A DNA stretch of 64,000 bases from an uncultured Desulfobacterales bacterium (lineage in GTDB: Bacteria; Desulfobacterota; DSM-4660; Desulfatiglandales; HGW-15): positions 96,719 to 160,718 of the forward strand of contig CAYUBQ010000001.1 in NCBI GenBank assembly GCA_964443135.1, read 5' to 3'. How positions within the stretch are numbered: the stretch's first letter is position 1; each line of letters opens with the position of its first letter. Below are positions 1-10,593 of the stretch, in pieces. The notes beneath the pieces were generated by a model that did not search any database, was not told the DNA's origin, and worked only from the letters and a program-made list of their open reading frames with translations. A program made the translations under genes and the position numbers.

Positions 1-100
1 GAACGCCTGCTCGGTCCAGCACTACAGGTCGGAGATCTGCGGGGACATCGAGGCCCTCTTTTCATGCGACGCTGCGGACGCTTCAGCGGACGGGGCGTGA
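1..100 (+). CDS. 3' end of a gene entering from the left edge (partial, product unknown)
   Basis: Frame +2 is open from the window edge to TGA at 98-100 (..NACSVQHYRSEICGDIEALFSCDAADASADGA*). Third codon positions are mostly G/C, as in the confident GC-rich genes. Too short to assign a product. Confidence 0.3.
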   Translation, partial: NACSVQHYRSEICGDIEALFSCDAADASADGA

Positions 101-277
101 TTCCACCCGTCGGTCCGGGCTGCCCGCAGTCTTTTCGAACCACCCGCCTCGGAGAAAACGGGCCCATTGCGGTCTTCAGAACCCGCACGATACGGGGCTC
201 ACCGCGAAGAGGCGGAATCGGTTGCACGGCGGCGCACCTTTTGCTGCGCCGCCCATGATGAACGGGAGATTCGCGTG

Positions 278-3200
278 ATGGACATCGCCGACCTTTTTTC
301 CAAAGAGCAATCCTGCCGCCTGCTGGTCGATCCGGAGGGGAAGCTGGCGGAGAAGTACCGCTGGTACCGGGAGTTCCTGGTCCACAACCACGAAGCGCTT
401 CAAATCGTCTCGGACCTGGAGCGGCTTCAACAGGGTGCGGAGCCGTTCACCCTGCCCGCAGTGAAGCGGGACGGCCACCGGCTGCTGGAGGCCTGCTCCC
501 GGCTTGTCGAGGCCCTCCATCGCCTTTCCGGAGGCCGATACGCGGAACTCGCCGACGTCTGCACGAACCTACAAAGACAGATGGCCCGGCTGTTCGACGA
601 AAGGCCTGCCTACCCCTCCGACGAGCTGGTTCTGCCCCTCGAGGAGTTGAAGCCCGACATGGTGGGCATGGCGGGATCCAAGGCGACCCATCTCGCCACG
701 GCCGGCCGCGAGCTGGGGCTGCCCGTCCCCCCTGGTTTCGTCGTCACGGCCAATGCCTTCTGGGCCTTCATGGAGCAGAACGACCTTCTGGAGCCCGTGG
801 ACGAGATGCTGGCCGCGGTGGACGCCTCCAATCCGGCCGAGCTGGAGGCAAGGGCCGGCACTGTGCAGCGATCCATCCGGGACGCCCCGGTCCCGTCCGC
901 GGTGGCCCAGGCGATCCGTGGAGCATACGAGGCCCTGGAGGTCGGGACCTGCGAGGGGGTTCCGCTCGCCGTGCGCAGCACGGCGGTGGGGGAGGACACG
1001 GAGGCCTCCTTTGCCGGCCAGTACACCACGGTGCTGAACGTGGGGAAAGAGGCGCTGCTTGATGCCTACAAAACGGTGTTGGCCAGCAAGTACGCACCCC
1101 GGGCGATTCGCTACCGCGCGCGGTGCGGTCTGGACGACAAGGCCACACCCATGTGCGTGGCCGGCATCGTCATGATCGACGCCCGGGCGAGCGGCGTCTG
1201 CTACTCCAGGGACCCGTCCGGTCCCACCTCCTCCGACGTGACGGTGAGCGCCGTCTGGGGGCTGGGGGAGCACCTGGTGAGCGGCGAAGCGGCGCCGGAC
1301 ACCTTTTCCCTGGACCGGGAGACCCTCCGCATCACCCGGAAGGAGATCAACCCCAAGCCACAGCGTCTCGTCCTCGAGAACGGCGGAGGAACGCGGCTGG
1401 AGGAGACCGGGGAATCCGCTGAAACGCTTCCGGCCATCGACGATGAGACGGCCCGCACCGTCGCCCGGTACAGCCTGAAGCTGGAGGAGCACTTCGGTTC
1501 GCCGCAGGATGTGGAGTGGTGCGTGGACCGTTCCGGACGGCTCTTCGTTCTTCAGTCACGGCCCTTGGGGCTCTCCCAGTCGCGAGGGGGGGAGACTCCC
1601 CGGATCGAGGTCGACCCCGCAAAGCACCCGGTGTTGCTCTCCGAGGGGAAGACCGCCTCCAGAGGGACCGCTTCCGGTCGCGTGGTTCAGGCCGTCTCCC
1701 TGCGGGAGGGCAAGGACCTCGAAGGGAGCATCCTGGTGGCCAGGACGGCCTCCCCCGATTACGCCAAGCTGGCGGACTCGGTCAAGGGGATCGTCACGGA
1801 CCTGGGAAGCGTGGCAAGCCACCTGGCCTCCGTGGCCCGGGAGTTCGGCATTCCCATGATCGTCCAGGCGGGCCGCGCCACGACCGTCCTGGAAGCGGGG
1901 AGCACCGTCACCATGTCGGCCGACACGGCCACCGTCTATGACGGCCGGGTGCTCGAGCTGGAGGAGTCCAGTTCACTCCCCGGCGAGAAGGTCTTCGAAA
2001 GCCCCGTCCGCCGGAAGATGAGCGACGTCCTGGCCCTGATCTCCCCCCTGAACCTCAAGGATCCGGACGCCGACACGTTCACGCCGGAGCACTGCAGGAC
2101 GGTCCACGACGTCATTCGCTTCAGCCACGAGAAGGTGGTCAAGGAGATGTTCGGACTGGCCGGACAACGGGCGGACGGCGTGCAGTCCGTCAAGATGAAG
2201 GCGGGCATTCCCCTGGCCCTCCACTTCATCGACCTGGGAGGCGGGCTCCAGGAGAACTTGACCACCTGCGACGAGATCACGCCGGACGACATCGCCTCAC
2301 GCCCCATGAAGGTCCTCTGGCGCGGCCTTTCGCACCCCGGGATCAGCTGGGCGGGGACCGTCGGCTTGGACAGCAGGAACCTCATGGCGCTCATGACCTC
2401 GGGCCCGCCGCCGCAGATGGCCAGCTACGCCGTTCTGTCCGACGAGTATGTCAATCTCAGCGTCAAGTTCGGATATCACTACGCCACGATCGACATCCTC
2501 TGGACCGAAACCCCCGAGGACAACTACATCTCGCTTCAGTTCGGCGGAGGGGCCGGCTCCTTCCACGGCCGGTCCCTGCGCATCCGATTCTTGAGCGAGG
2601 TGCTCGAGCAGCTGGGTTTCGTGCTGCAGATCTCCGGCGATGTCGTCGACGCCACGGTGAGAGGCTACGACGACCCCGCCATGGAGGAAACGCTGGATCA
2701 GCTGGGCCGGCTTCTCGCCTCCAGCAGACTGCTGGATCTGGGTATTCCGAGTCAGGAAGCGGTCGACGAGATGAAGGCCTCGTTTTTTTCCGGAGACTAC
2801 AACTTCCTGCAACAGGCCCACCAGCCCCTGCCCGACTTCTACACCCCCACGGGGAACTGGACCCGGGTCGAGGAGAACGGGCGCATTCGATGCCTTCAGG
2901 ACGGCTCGCCGTCCGGGGAGGGGTTTTCGTGCACCCTTAAGAACTTCATGGGCAAAATGGTGGGGTCCCGCTACCAGCGTTTTCTCGACGGCATCCACGC
3001 CTACCACTACTTTCCCATTGCCATTCTCAAGGAGAGTCACACGGGTGACGCCTGGGTTCAGGCCCGTCTCACCCTCGAGGCCGGCTGCCTGGACAACACG
3101 GGCGGGCTGCTGTTCGGGTTGAAGACCATGAGCTCTTTTTTCATGCTGGGCCTGGACGCCCTGGAGGGCAACGTCTCCCTCTTCGAGTTTAAAGGGGGCC

Positions 3201-3439
3201 ATCGCCTTCGCCACGCCACCGTTGAACGGGACGTACAGCCCGGGGAAAGCCACCTCCTGGCCGTCAGGGTTTCGGAAGCCCGGATCGAGGGCTTCCTGAA
3301 CGGGGAAGCCGTGATCCGATTCGATGCGGAATCCCCCGTGGAAGGCTACGTGGGGCTCTGGACCAAGGCGGATTCCAAGGTCTTCTTCGACGAGCTGTCC
3401 ATTCAGGAAGGCGACCGGAAACGGACCGCGGCCTGGTGA
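278..3439 (+). CDS. PEP-utilising / pyruvate-phosphate-dikinase-like enzyme (ATP-grasp PPDK_N domain plus swivelling His domain) with a long uncharacterised C-terminal region ending in a concanavalin/DUF1080-like jelly-roll
   Basis: ATG at 278 lies 9 nt after GGGAG. MAGSKATHLATAG..GLPVPPGFVVT is the typical PPDK_N start. GKTASRGTASGRV..ILVARTASPDYAKL..GIVTDLGSVASHLASVAREFGIPMIV is the PEP-utilizer mobile His domain. The C-terminal ..GYVGLWTKADSKVFFDELSIQE resembles DUF1080/LamG-type ends. No PEP-utilizer TIM-barrel motif was recognised. Confidence 0.85.
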   Translation: MDIADLFSKEQSCRLLVDPEGKLAEKYRWYREFLVHNHEALQIVSDLERLQQGAEPFTLPAVKRDGHRLLEACSRLVEALHRLSGGRYAELADVCTNLQRQMARLFDERPAYPSDELVLPLEELKPDMVGMAGSKATHLATAGRELGLPVPPGFVVTANAFWAFMEQNDLLEPVDEMLAAVDASNPAELEARAGTVQRSIRDAPVPSAVAQAIRGAYEALEVGTCEGVPLAVRSTAVGEDTEASFAGQYTTVLNVGKEALLDAYKTVLASKYAPRAIRYRARCGLDDKATPMCVAGIVMIDARASGVCYSRDPSGPTSSDVTVSAVWGLGEHLVSGEAAPDTFSLDRETLRITRKEINPKPQRLVLENGGGTRLEETGESAETLPAIDDETARTVARYSLKLEEHFGSPQDVEWCVDRSGRLFVLQSRPLGLSQSRGGETPRIEVDPAKHPVLLSEGKTASRGTASGRVVQAVSLREGKDLEGSILVARTASPDYAKLADSVKGIVTDLGSVASHLASVAREFGIPMIVQAGRATTVLEAGSTVTMSADTATVYDGRVLELEESSSLPGEKVFESPVRRKMSDVLALISPLNLKDPDADTFTPEHCRTVHDVIRFSHEKVVKEMFGLAGQRADGVQSVKMKAGIPLALHFIDLGGGLQENLTTCDEITPDDIASRPMKVLWRGLSHPGISWAGTVGLDSRNLMALMTSGPPPQMASYAVLSDEYVNLSVKFGYHYATIDILWTETPEDNYISLQFGGGAGSFHGRSLRIRFLSEVLEQLGFVLQISGDVVDATVRGYDDPAMEETLDQLGRLLASSRLLDLGIPSQEAVDEMKASFFSGDYNFLQQAHQPLPDFYTPTGNWTRVEENGRIRCLQDGSPSGEGFSCTLKNFMGKMVGSRYQRFLDGIHAYHYFPIAILKESHTGDAWVQARLTLEAGCLDNTGGLLFGLKTMSSFFMLGLDALEGNVSLFEFKGGHRLRHATVERDVQPGESHLLAVRVSEARIEGFLNGEAVIRFDAESPVEGYVGLWTKADSKVFFDELSIQEGDRKRTAAW

Positions 3440-3467
3440 CGGGACGGAGACGGCAGAACGGGCGGCG

Positions 3468-5153
<1,686 letters not shown>

Positions 5154-5325
5154 GGCTGTGCCTCCTCATTCGCCGGTGGATGGGATCCCCCGGGGATGTG
5201 TCGTGAAAACTCGGTCCAAGGCTAGCAACAATGGCGGCCGCAGGCAATCCCTTCCGTCCCGGCACGGGACGGAGGCCCTTCGAGGGGCGTCTTCACGGCA
5301 AAAGGCGTCCAACGCCCGCAAAATG

Positions 5326-5354
5326 TTGAATATCCGCGCAGTTTCGATTATATA
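5326..5354 (+). promoter_or_regulatory. Candidate sigma70-type promoter for the CBS/DUF47/PiT genes
   Basis: TTGAAT (5326-5331), 17-nt spacer, TATATA (5349-5354), about 40 nt upstream of the CBS start. Pattern match only. Confidence 0.35.
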
Positions 5355-5392
5355 CAGAGACCATCGTTCAACCTGTGCTTTGGAGGATTGCC

Positions 5393-5797
5393 ATGAAGGT
5401 GTACGAGTTCATGACCACCCGGCTCGAGTCCGTGGACTCGGGGAAAAGCGTGTACGACGCCGTGGAGAAGATGGTGGACCGGCGCATCCGCTCGCTCATG
5501 GTCCGCTTCCCCGGCGACGACCTGGAGGACGGCGTGATCACCGCGAGGGACGTCGTCTACAAGGTCCTGGCCCAGGGCAAGGACCCCCAGGCGGTCAAGG
5601 TCTCGGAGATCGCCTCCCGCCCCATCTCCTGCGTGAGCAAGGACCTCCCCCTGCGGGAGGCCGCCGAGCTCATGGAGCAGGACGGGGTGGCCCGCCTCTT
5701 TGTCTGCGACGGGAACCGGATCGTCGGGGTCCTCTCCATGATGGACGCCATGGCCGCCATGCTCATCCTTCGGGCGCGAGGGGAACATGTTTCTTAA
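5393..5797 (+). CDS. CBS-domain protein
   Basis: ATG at 5393 follows TGGAGGATTGCC. MKVYEFMTTRLESVD...GVITARDVV...VSEIASRPISCVSKDLPLREAAELMEQDGVARLFVCDGNRIVGVLSMMD is a tandem CBS pair pattern. Confidence 0.85.
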   Translation: MKVYEFMTTRLESVDSGKSVYDAVEKMVDRRIRSLMVRFPGDDLEDGVITARDVVYKVLAQGKDPQAVKVSEIASRPISCVSKDLPLREAAELMEQDGVARLFVCDGNRIVGVLSMMDAMAAMLILRARGEHVS

Positions 5798-6416
5798 GAA
5801 GCTGATCGGGCACGAGGACCGGGAAAAAGAGGTGGTCCGGGACATGGACAACCACATCCGGCTGCTGCATGACGGGTGCAAGGCCTTTCACGAGGCGCTG
5901 GAGCACAACGACCACCAGCGCATGCGCCGGGTCAAGGAGCTGGAGCGGGAGGCCGACACCATCCGGAGGGACATCGTCTCCCACATCTACGAGGGGGCCT
6001 TTCTCCCTTACCTCCGGCCCGAGCTCTCCAAGTTCGTGGAGCTGGTGGACCAGGTGTTCGACCTCCTGGAGTACGCCGCCGCCTGCTACCTGGGCATCCG
6101 CTTTCCCGACTCCCTGCGGAGCGAGGCCGCCCGGGTCGCCTTCCTGAACGTGGAGATGTGCGACATGCTCCGCATCACCCTCCAGGCCATGACCGCGGGC
6201 GAGGACCTCCGGGAGAAGCGGCTCGCCATCCGGATCTACGAGAAGCGGATCGACGACCTCAAGTTCGACCTGATGAAGGATGCGCGGTCCATCCCCATCG
6301 AGGACTTCTGGGAGGGAAACATGCTCGCCGACTTCCTCTCCCGCCTCTGCTCGGTGAGCGACCTGATCGAGGACGCCGGCGACCACCTGGGCGTCATCAG
6401 CTCCATCATCAAGTAG
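5787..6416 (+). CDS. DUF47 / PhoU-like putative phosphate-transport regulator
   Basis: 209 aa, helical, overlaps the CBS gene end by 11 nt and precedes a PiT transporter. This is the classic DUF47-PiT pairing. Assignment rests on context and general sequence character. Confidence 0.75.
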   Translation: MFLKKLIGHEDREKEVVRDMDNHIRLLHDGCKAFHEALEHNDHQRMRRVKELEREADTIRRDIVSHIYEGAFLPYLRPELSKFVELVDQVFDLLEYAAACYLGIRFPDSLRSEAARVAFLNVEMCDMLRITLQAMTAGEDLREKRLAIRIYEKRIDDLKFDLMKDARSIPIEDFWEGNMLADFLSRLCSVSDLIEDAGDHLGVISSIIK

Positions 6417-6452
6417 ACACCCCAAACCCGACACCCGGCAGCCGTAATCGAC

Positions 6453-7394
6453 ATGTGGAAGATCCTGAGCGGCGCATTTCTGGGATGGAGCCTCGGCGCA
6501 AACGACTCGGCCAACATCTTCGGCACGGGCGTGGCCACCGGCACCGTCCGCTACCGGACCGCCATCTGGCTCACCGCCGTCTTCCTCATGGCGGGCGCCC
6601 TGGTGGAGGGCCCCAAGTGCATGGAGATCCTGACCGACCTCTCCAGCCTCCTCCCCCTCAATGCCTTCTTCTGCGCCCTGGCCGCGGCCCTCACCATGGC
6701 CGCCATGACCGCCCTGGCCGTGCCCGCCTCCTCCTCCCACGCGGTCATCGGCGCCATCGTCGGCGTGGGCCTGCTCTCCGGAAACGCCGACTTCTCCCCG
6801 CTGGTCAAGATCGTGACCTGCTGGGTGCTCACCCCGATCTGCGGGCTGGTGCTCGGACACGTCCTCCTCCGGCTCCTCACCTATCTGTTCAACCGCACAC
6901 ACATGAGCCTCACCCGGCGCAACCGGATCTATTTCCTGGGCATCCTGATCGCCGGCTGCTACGGCGCCTACACCCTGGGCTCGAACAACGTGGCCAACGT
7001 CACGGGCGTCTACGTGGGCTCGGGCTTCCTGACCCCGCGGTCCGCCAGCCTGATCGGCGGCCTGGCCATCGCCCTGGGCGTGCTCACCTTCAGCCGCCGG
7101 GTCATGATGACCGTGGGCCGGGGCATCGCCCCCCTGGACCCCTTCACCGCATTCGTCACGGTGCTGGCCGGCGCCCTGACCCTCCACCTCTTCACCCAGG
7201 TGGGCATCCCGGTCTCCTCCTCCCAGGCCATCGTGGGCGCGGTGGTGGGCGTGGGCCTGGTGGGCGGCGTCCGAACGGTGAGCCCCCGCATCCTCGTCAA
7301 GATCGGCCTGGGCTGGATCGTCACCCCGGTCTGCGCCGGGCTCCTGGCCTGGCTCTTTGTGGCCTTTCTGGCCAGGCCGTCCTGGGTTCCGTAG
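6453..7394 (+). CDS. Inorganic phosphate transporter, PiT family (short form)
   Basis: GANDSANIFGTGVATG near the N-terminus and a second SSSQAIVGAVVGVGL repeat are PiT (PHO4) signatures. The protein is polytopic and hydrophobic. Confidence 0.9.
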   Translation: MWKILSGAFLGWSLGANDSANIFGTGVATGTVRYRTAIWLTAVFLMAGALVEGPKCMEILTDLSSLLPLNAFFCALAAALTMAAMTALAVPASSSHAVIGAIVGVGLLSGNADFSPLVKIVTCWVLTPICGLVLGHVLLRLLTYLFNRTHMSLTRRNRIYFLGILIAGCYGAYTLGSNNVANVTGVYVGSGFLTPRSASLIGGLAIALGVLTFSRRVMMTVGRGIAPLDPFTAFVTVLAGALTLHLFTQVGIPVSSSQAIVGAVVGVGLVGGVRTVSPRILVKIGLGWIVTPVCAGLLAWLFVAFLARPSWVP

Positions 7395-7534
7395 GCGAGG
7401 ATCACACCCCGCCGCCCTTGGAATGCCAACGTCTTGGGCCCCGCGGCACCGTTCATTGACACGAACCCGGCTTTCCCCTATGGTTTGCTGAACCGTTGAT
7501 TTTCCGGCGCCCGGCGCCCCAGCGAGCGAACGAT

Positions 7535-9226
7535 ATGCCTTCTTCCGACCCGGCCTCCCTCATCCTCGGCCTGGACGTGGGCGGCACCCAGACGGACGCG
7601 GTCCTGGTCTCCCCCGAGGGCGTGGCCTCGGCCGTCAAGGTCCCCACGCGGGACGACCTCCCGGCCACCCTGAAGGAGGCTTTGGGCGAGGCCCTCTCCG
7701 GGATACCGCCGGAGCGCATCGCCCGCATGGCCTTCTCCACCACCATGGCCGCCAACGCCATCGTCCAGGACCGGCTGGACCCGGCCGGCCTGATCGTCTC
7801 GGCCGGCCCCGGCATGGACCCCCGGGACTTTGCCGTGGGCCCCTCCTACCACGTGGTGGAGGGCTGCCTGGACCACCGGGGGTTCGAGGTCAAGCCCCTG
7901 GACGAGGAGGCCGTGCTCGCGGCGGCCGCCGCGGTCCGAGAGCAGGGCATCCGGGCCCTGGGCCTGGTGGGCAAGTTCTCGGTCCGCAACCCCCTCCACG
8001 AGCGGCGCATGGCCGACTGGGTGAAGGAGATGTTCCCCCACCCGGCCCTGGGCCACCAGGTCTCGGGCCACCTGAACTTCCCCCGCCGGATCGCCACCAC
8101 CTACCTGAACGCGGCCCTCTACGAGGCCCACGAGCGGTTCGTCCAGGCCCTCCTCCAGATCCTCGCCGACCGCAGCCTCCAGGCCCCGCGCTACCTCCTC
8201 AAGCCGGACGGCGGCACCGTGGGCCTGGAGGAAAGCCTGGGGTTCCCGGCCCGGACCGCCCAGTCCGGACCCGCAGCCAGCATCATGGGCGCCCTGGCCC
8301 TGGACCCCTGCCCGGGAACCACCCTGGTCCTGGACGTGGGGGGCACCACCACCGACATCGGCCTCATCTACCAGGGCTCCCCCCTGCTCGAGCCCTACGG
8401 CATCCACCTGGGCCCCTACAAGACCCTGATCCGCTCCCTCCAGACCCGCTCCGTGGGCATCGGCGGGGACTCCGAGATCCGGGCCGAGCCCGGCCGGCCC
8501 CTCCGCATCGGCCCCCTGCGCCAGGGCCCACCCGCGGCCCTGGGCGGACCCGCAGCCACGCCCACGGACGCCATGATCGTCCTGGGGCTCCTCGATGTGG
8601 GGGACAAAGGAGCCGCCGGCCGCTCCCTCGAGCCCGTCGCCCGGGCCCTGGACCTGGACGTCCCCCGGACCGCCCAGGCCGTCCTCGACCGCATGGGCGG
8701 GCTCATCGCCGAGTCGGTCCGCGCCTTTCTCCACTTCATCAACGCCCGTCCGGTCTACACGGTCCGGGAGGTGCTGGAGGGCGTGACCATCGAGCCCGAC
8801 CACCTGGTCCTGGTGGGCGGCCCCGCGACCCAGCTGGCCGCCCCCCTGGAGACCGCCTTCGGGCTCCCCGTGAGCGTGCCCCCCCACGCCGAGGTGGCCA
8901 ACGCCGTGGGCGCGGCCGCCTCCCGGGTCACCTGCGAGGTCACCCTCCACGCGGACACCGCCCGGGGCACCGTGGTGGTGCCCGAGGCGGGCATCGACCA
9001 GTTCATCGACGGGAATTTCGACCTGGACCAGGGCATGATGCTCGCCCGGCAGTCCCTGGAGAAGGCGGTCTACGGCGCGGGCGGCGTGCGGGGCGAGCTG
9101 GAGATCACCGTGACCGAAGAGCAGTGCTTCCACATGATCCAGGGGTTCTCCCGGAGCGGGAAGAACATCCGCCTCAACCTCTGCGTCACCCCCGGCCTCA
9201 TCCCGGACTGGCCCCGGAGGTCCTGA
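7535..9226 (+). CDS. Hydantoinase/oxoprolinase-family (ASKHA-fold, Hydantoinase_A) protein
   Basis: LGLDVGGTQTDAVLV phosphate-1 motif, then TTLVLDVGGTTTDIGLI. About 560 aa. ATG at 7535 chosen as the first Met before the conserved N-terminus. Confidence 0.8.
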   Translation: MPSSDPASLILGLDVGGTQTDAVLVSPEGVASAVKVPTRDDLPATLKEALGEALSGIPPERIARMAFSTTMAANAIVQDRLDPAGLIVSAGPGMDPRDFAVGPSYHVVEGCLDHRGFEVKPLDEEAVLAAAAAVREQGIRALGLVGKFSVRNPLHERRMADWVKEMFPHPALGHQVSGHLNFPRRIATTYLNAALYEAHERFVQALLQILADRSLQAPRYLLKPDGGTVGLEESLGFPARTAQSGPAASIMGALALDPCPGTTLVLDVGGTTTDIGLIYQGSPLLEPYGIHLGPYKTLIRSLQTRSVGIGGDSEIRAEPGRPLRIGPLRQGPPAALGGPAATPTDAMIVLGLLDVGDKGAAGRSLEPVARALDLDVPRTAQAVLDRMGGLIAESVRAFLHFINARPVYTVREVLEGVTIEPDHLVLVGGPATQLAAPLETAFGLPVSVPPHAEVANAVGAAASRVTCEVTLHADTARGTVVVPEAGIDQFIDGNFDLDQGMMLARQSLEKAVYGAGGVRGELEITVTEEQCFHMIQGFSRSGKNIRLNLCVTPGLIPDWPRRS

Positions 9227-9228
9227 CC

Positions 9229-10593
9229 ATGCCGCCCTCCTTCAAGCGAACCGGCCTCGTCTTTTTCCCGGCCTTTGACTGGGCCATCAGCCCCACCCAC
9301 CCTGAGCGGGAGGAGCGGCTCCTCTACACCCGGGACCAGGTGCTCGAGGAGGGCCTCCTGGACCTCGACAACATCGTGGAGTACCGGGTGCGGCCCGCCG
9401 CGTTCGAGGACATCCAGCGGGTCCACTTCTGCGTGCCCGACGAGGCCTCGGTCACCACCGAGAGCCACCTCATCTCCGCCGGGGGCTGCCTGGTGGCCGC
9501 CGATGCGGTCCTGAAGGGCGAGGTGGACAACGCCTTCGCCCTGGTCCGCCCCCCCGGCCACCACGCCATGCGGGTGGTCCACGGGAACCGCGGCTTCTGC
9601 AACGTCAACATCGAGGCGGTCATGATCGAGCACATCCGCCGCACCTACGGCGTGAAGAAGATCGCCGTCGTGGACACGGACTGCCACCACGGGGACGGCA
9701 CCCAGGAGATCTACTGGCACGACCCGGACACCCTCTTCATCTCCCTCCACCAGGACGGCCGCACCATCTTCCCGGGCACCGGATTTCCCGACGAGATGGG
9801 CGGCCCCAACGCCCTGGGCGCCACCGTGAACATCCCCCTCCCCCCGCAGACCGGAGAGGAGGGCTTCGCCCTGGTGCTGGAGGAGCTCGTCATGCCCCTC
9901 CTGGAGCGGTTCCAGCCCGAGCTGGTGATCAACTCGGCCGGCCAGGACAACCACTACAGCGACCCCATCACGCACATGAACTTCTCGGCCCGGGGCTACG
10001 CCGCCCTCAACGCCCGCCTCCAGCCCGACATCTGCGTGCTCGAAGGCGGCTACGCCGTGGAGAGCGCCCTCCCCTACGTGAACGTGGGCATCATCATGGC
10101 CATGGCGGGGCTGGACTTCCAGAACGTCAAGGAGCCCGACTACGACCGGGAGTACCGCCCCCAGAGCCCGGCCGTGACCCAGAACGTGGACCGGCTCGTG
10201 GCCCGCCTGAGGCAGGTGTTCCTGAACGGCAAGTACGAGGTCCCCAAGCACAACGCCGGGGACGTGCTGGAGCGGAAGCGGGAGGTGTTCTACGACACGG
10301 ACGGCATCTTCGAGCGCCAGCGGGAGCTCATCCGGGTCTGCTGGGAATGCGCCGGCGCCCTGGGGATCGAGTCCGCCGCCAGCACGGGCAACCACGTCTT
10401 CGCCGTCAGGATCCCGCCCGGCTGCTGCCCTGCATGCCGCCACACCGCGGAGGCCTGGTTCGAGCAGGCCGTCCAGGGCAAGTTCACCCGGGTCTTTCTC
10501 CAGGATCGGGACCGGGATCGGTTCGAGCGGATTACTCCCCGAGCCACGGGCTTGCCCCGGCCTCGACCCGCAACCTCCGAAAGGGATGAGTGA
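9229..10593 (+). CDS. Histone-deacetylase-family (arginase-fold) amidohydrolase with a Cys-rich C-terminal extension
   Basis: ALVRPPGHHA, VVDTDCHHGDGTQEIYW and VLEGGY are HDAC/AcuC/Aph motifs. The ATG lies 2 nt after the stop of the upstream gene. The C-terminal part carries CWEC...CCPAC. Confidence 0.85.
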   Translation: MPPSFKRTGLVFFPAFDWAISPTHPEREERLLYTRDQVLEEGLLDLDNIVEYRVRPAAFEDIQRVHFCVPDEASVTTESHLISAGGCLVAADAVLKGEVDNAFALVRPPGHHAMRVVHGNRGFCNVNIEAVMIEHIRRTYGVKKIAVVDTDCHHGDGTQEIYWHDPDTLFISLHQDGRTIFPGTGFPDEMGGPNALGATVNIPLPPQTGEEGFALVLEELVMPLLERFQPELVINSAGQDNHYSDPITHMNFSARGYAALNARLQPDICVLEGGYAVESALPYVNVGIIMAMAGLDFQNVKEPDYDREYRPQSPAVTQNVDRLVARLRQVFLNGKYEVPKHNAGDVLERKREVFYDTDGIFERQRELIRVCWECAGALGIESAASTGNHVFAVRIPPGCCPACRHTAEAWFEQAVQGKFTRVFLQDRDRDRFERITPRATGLPRPRPATSERDE

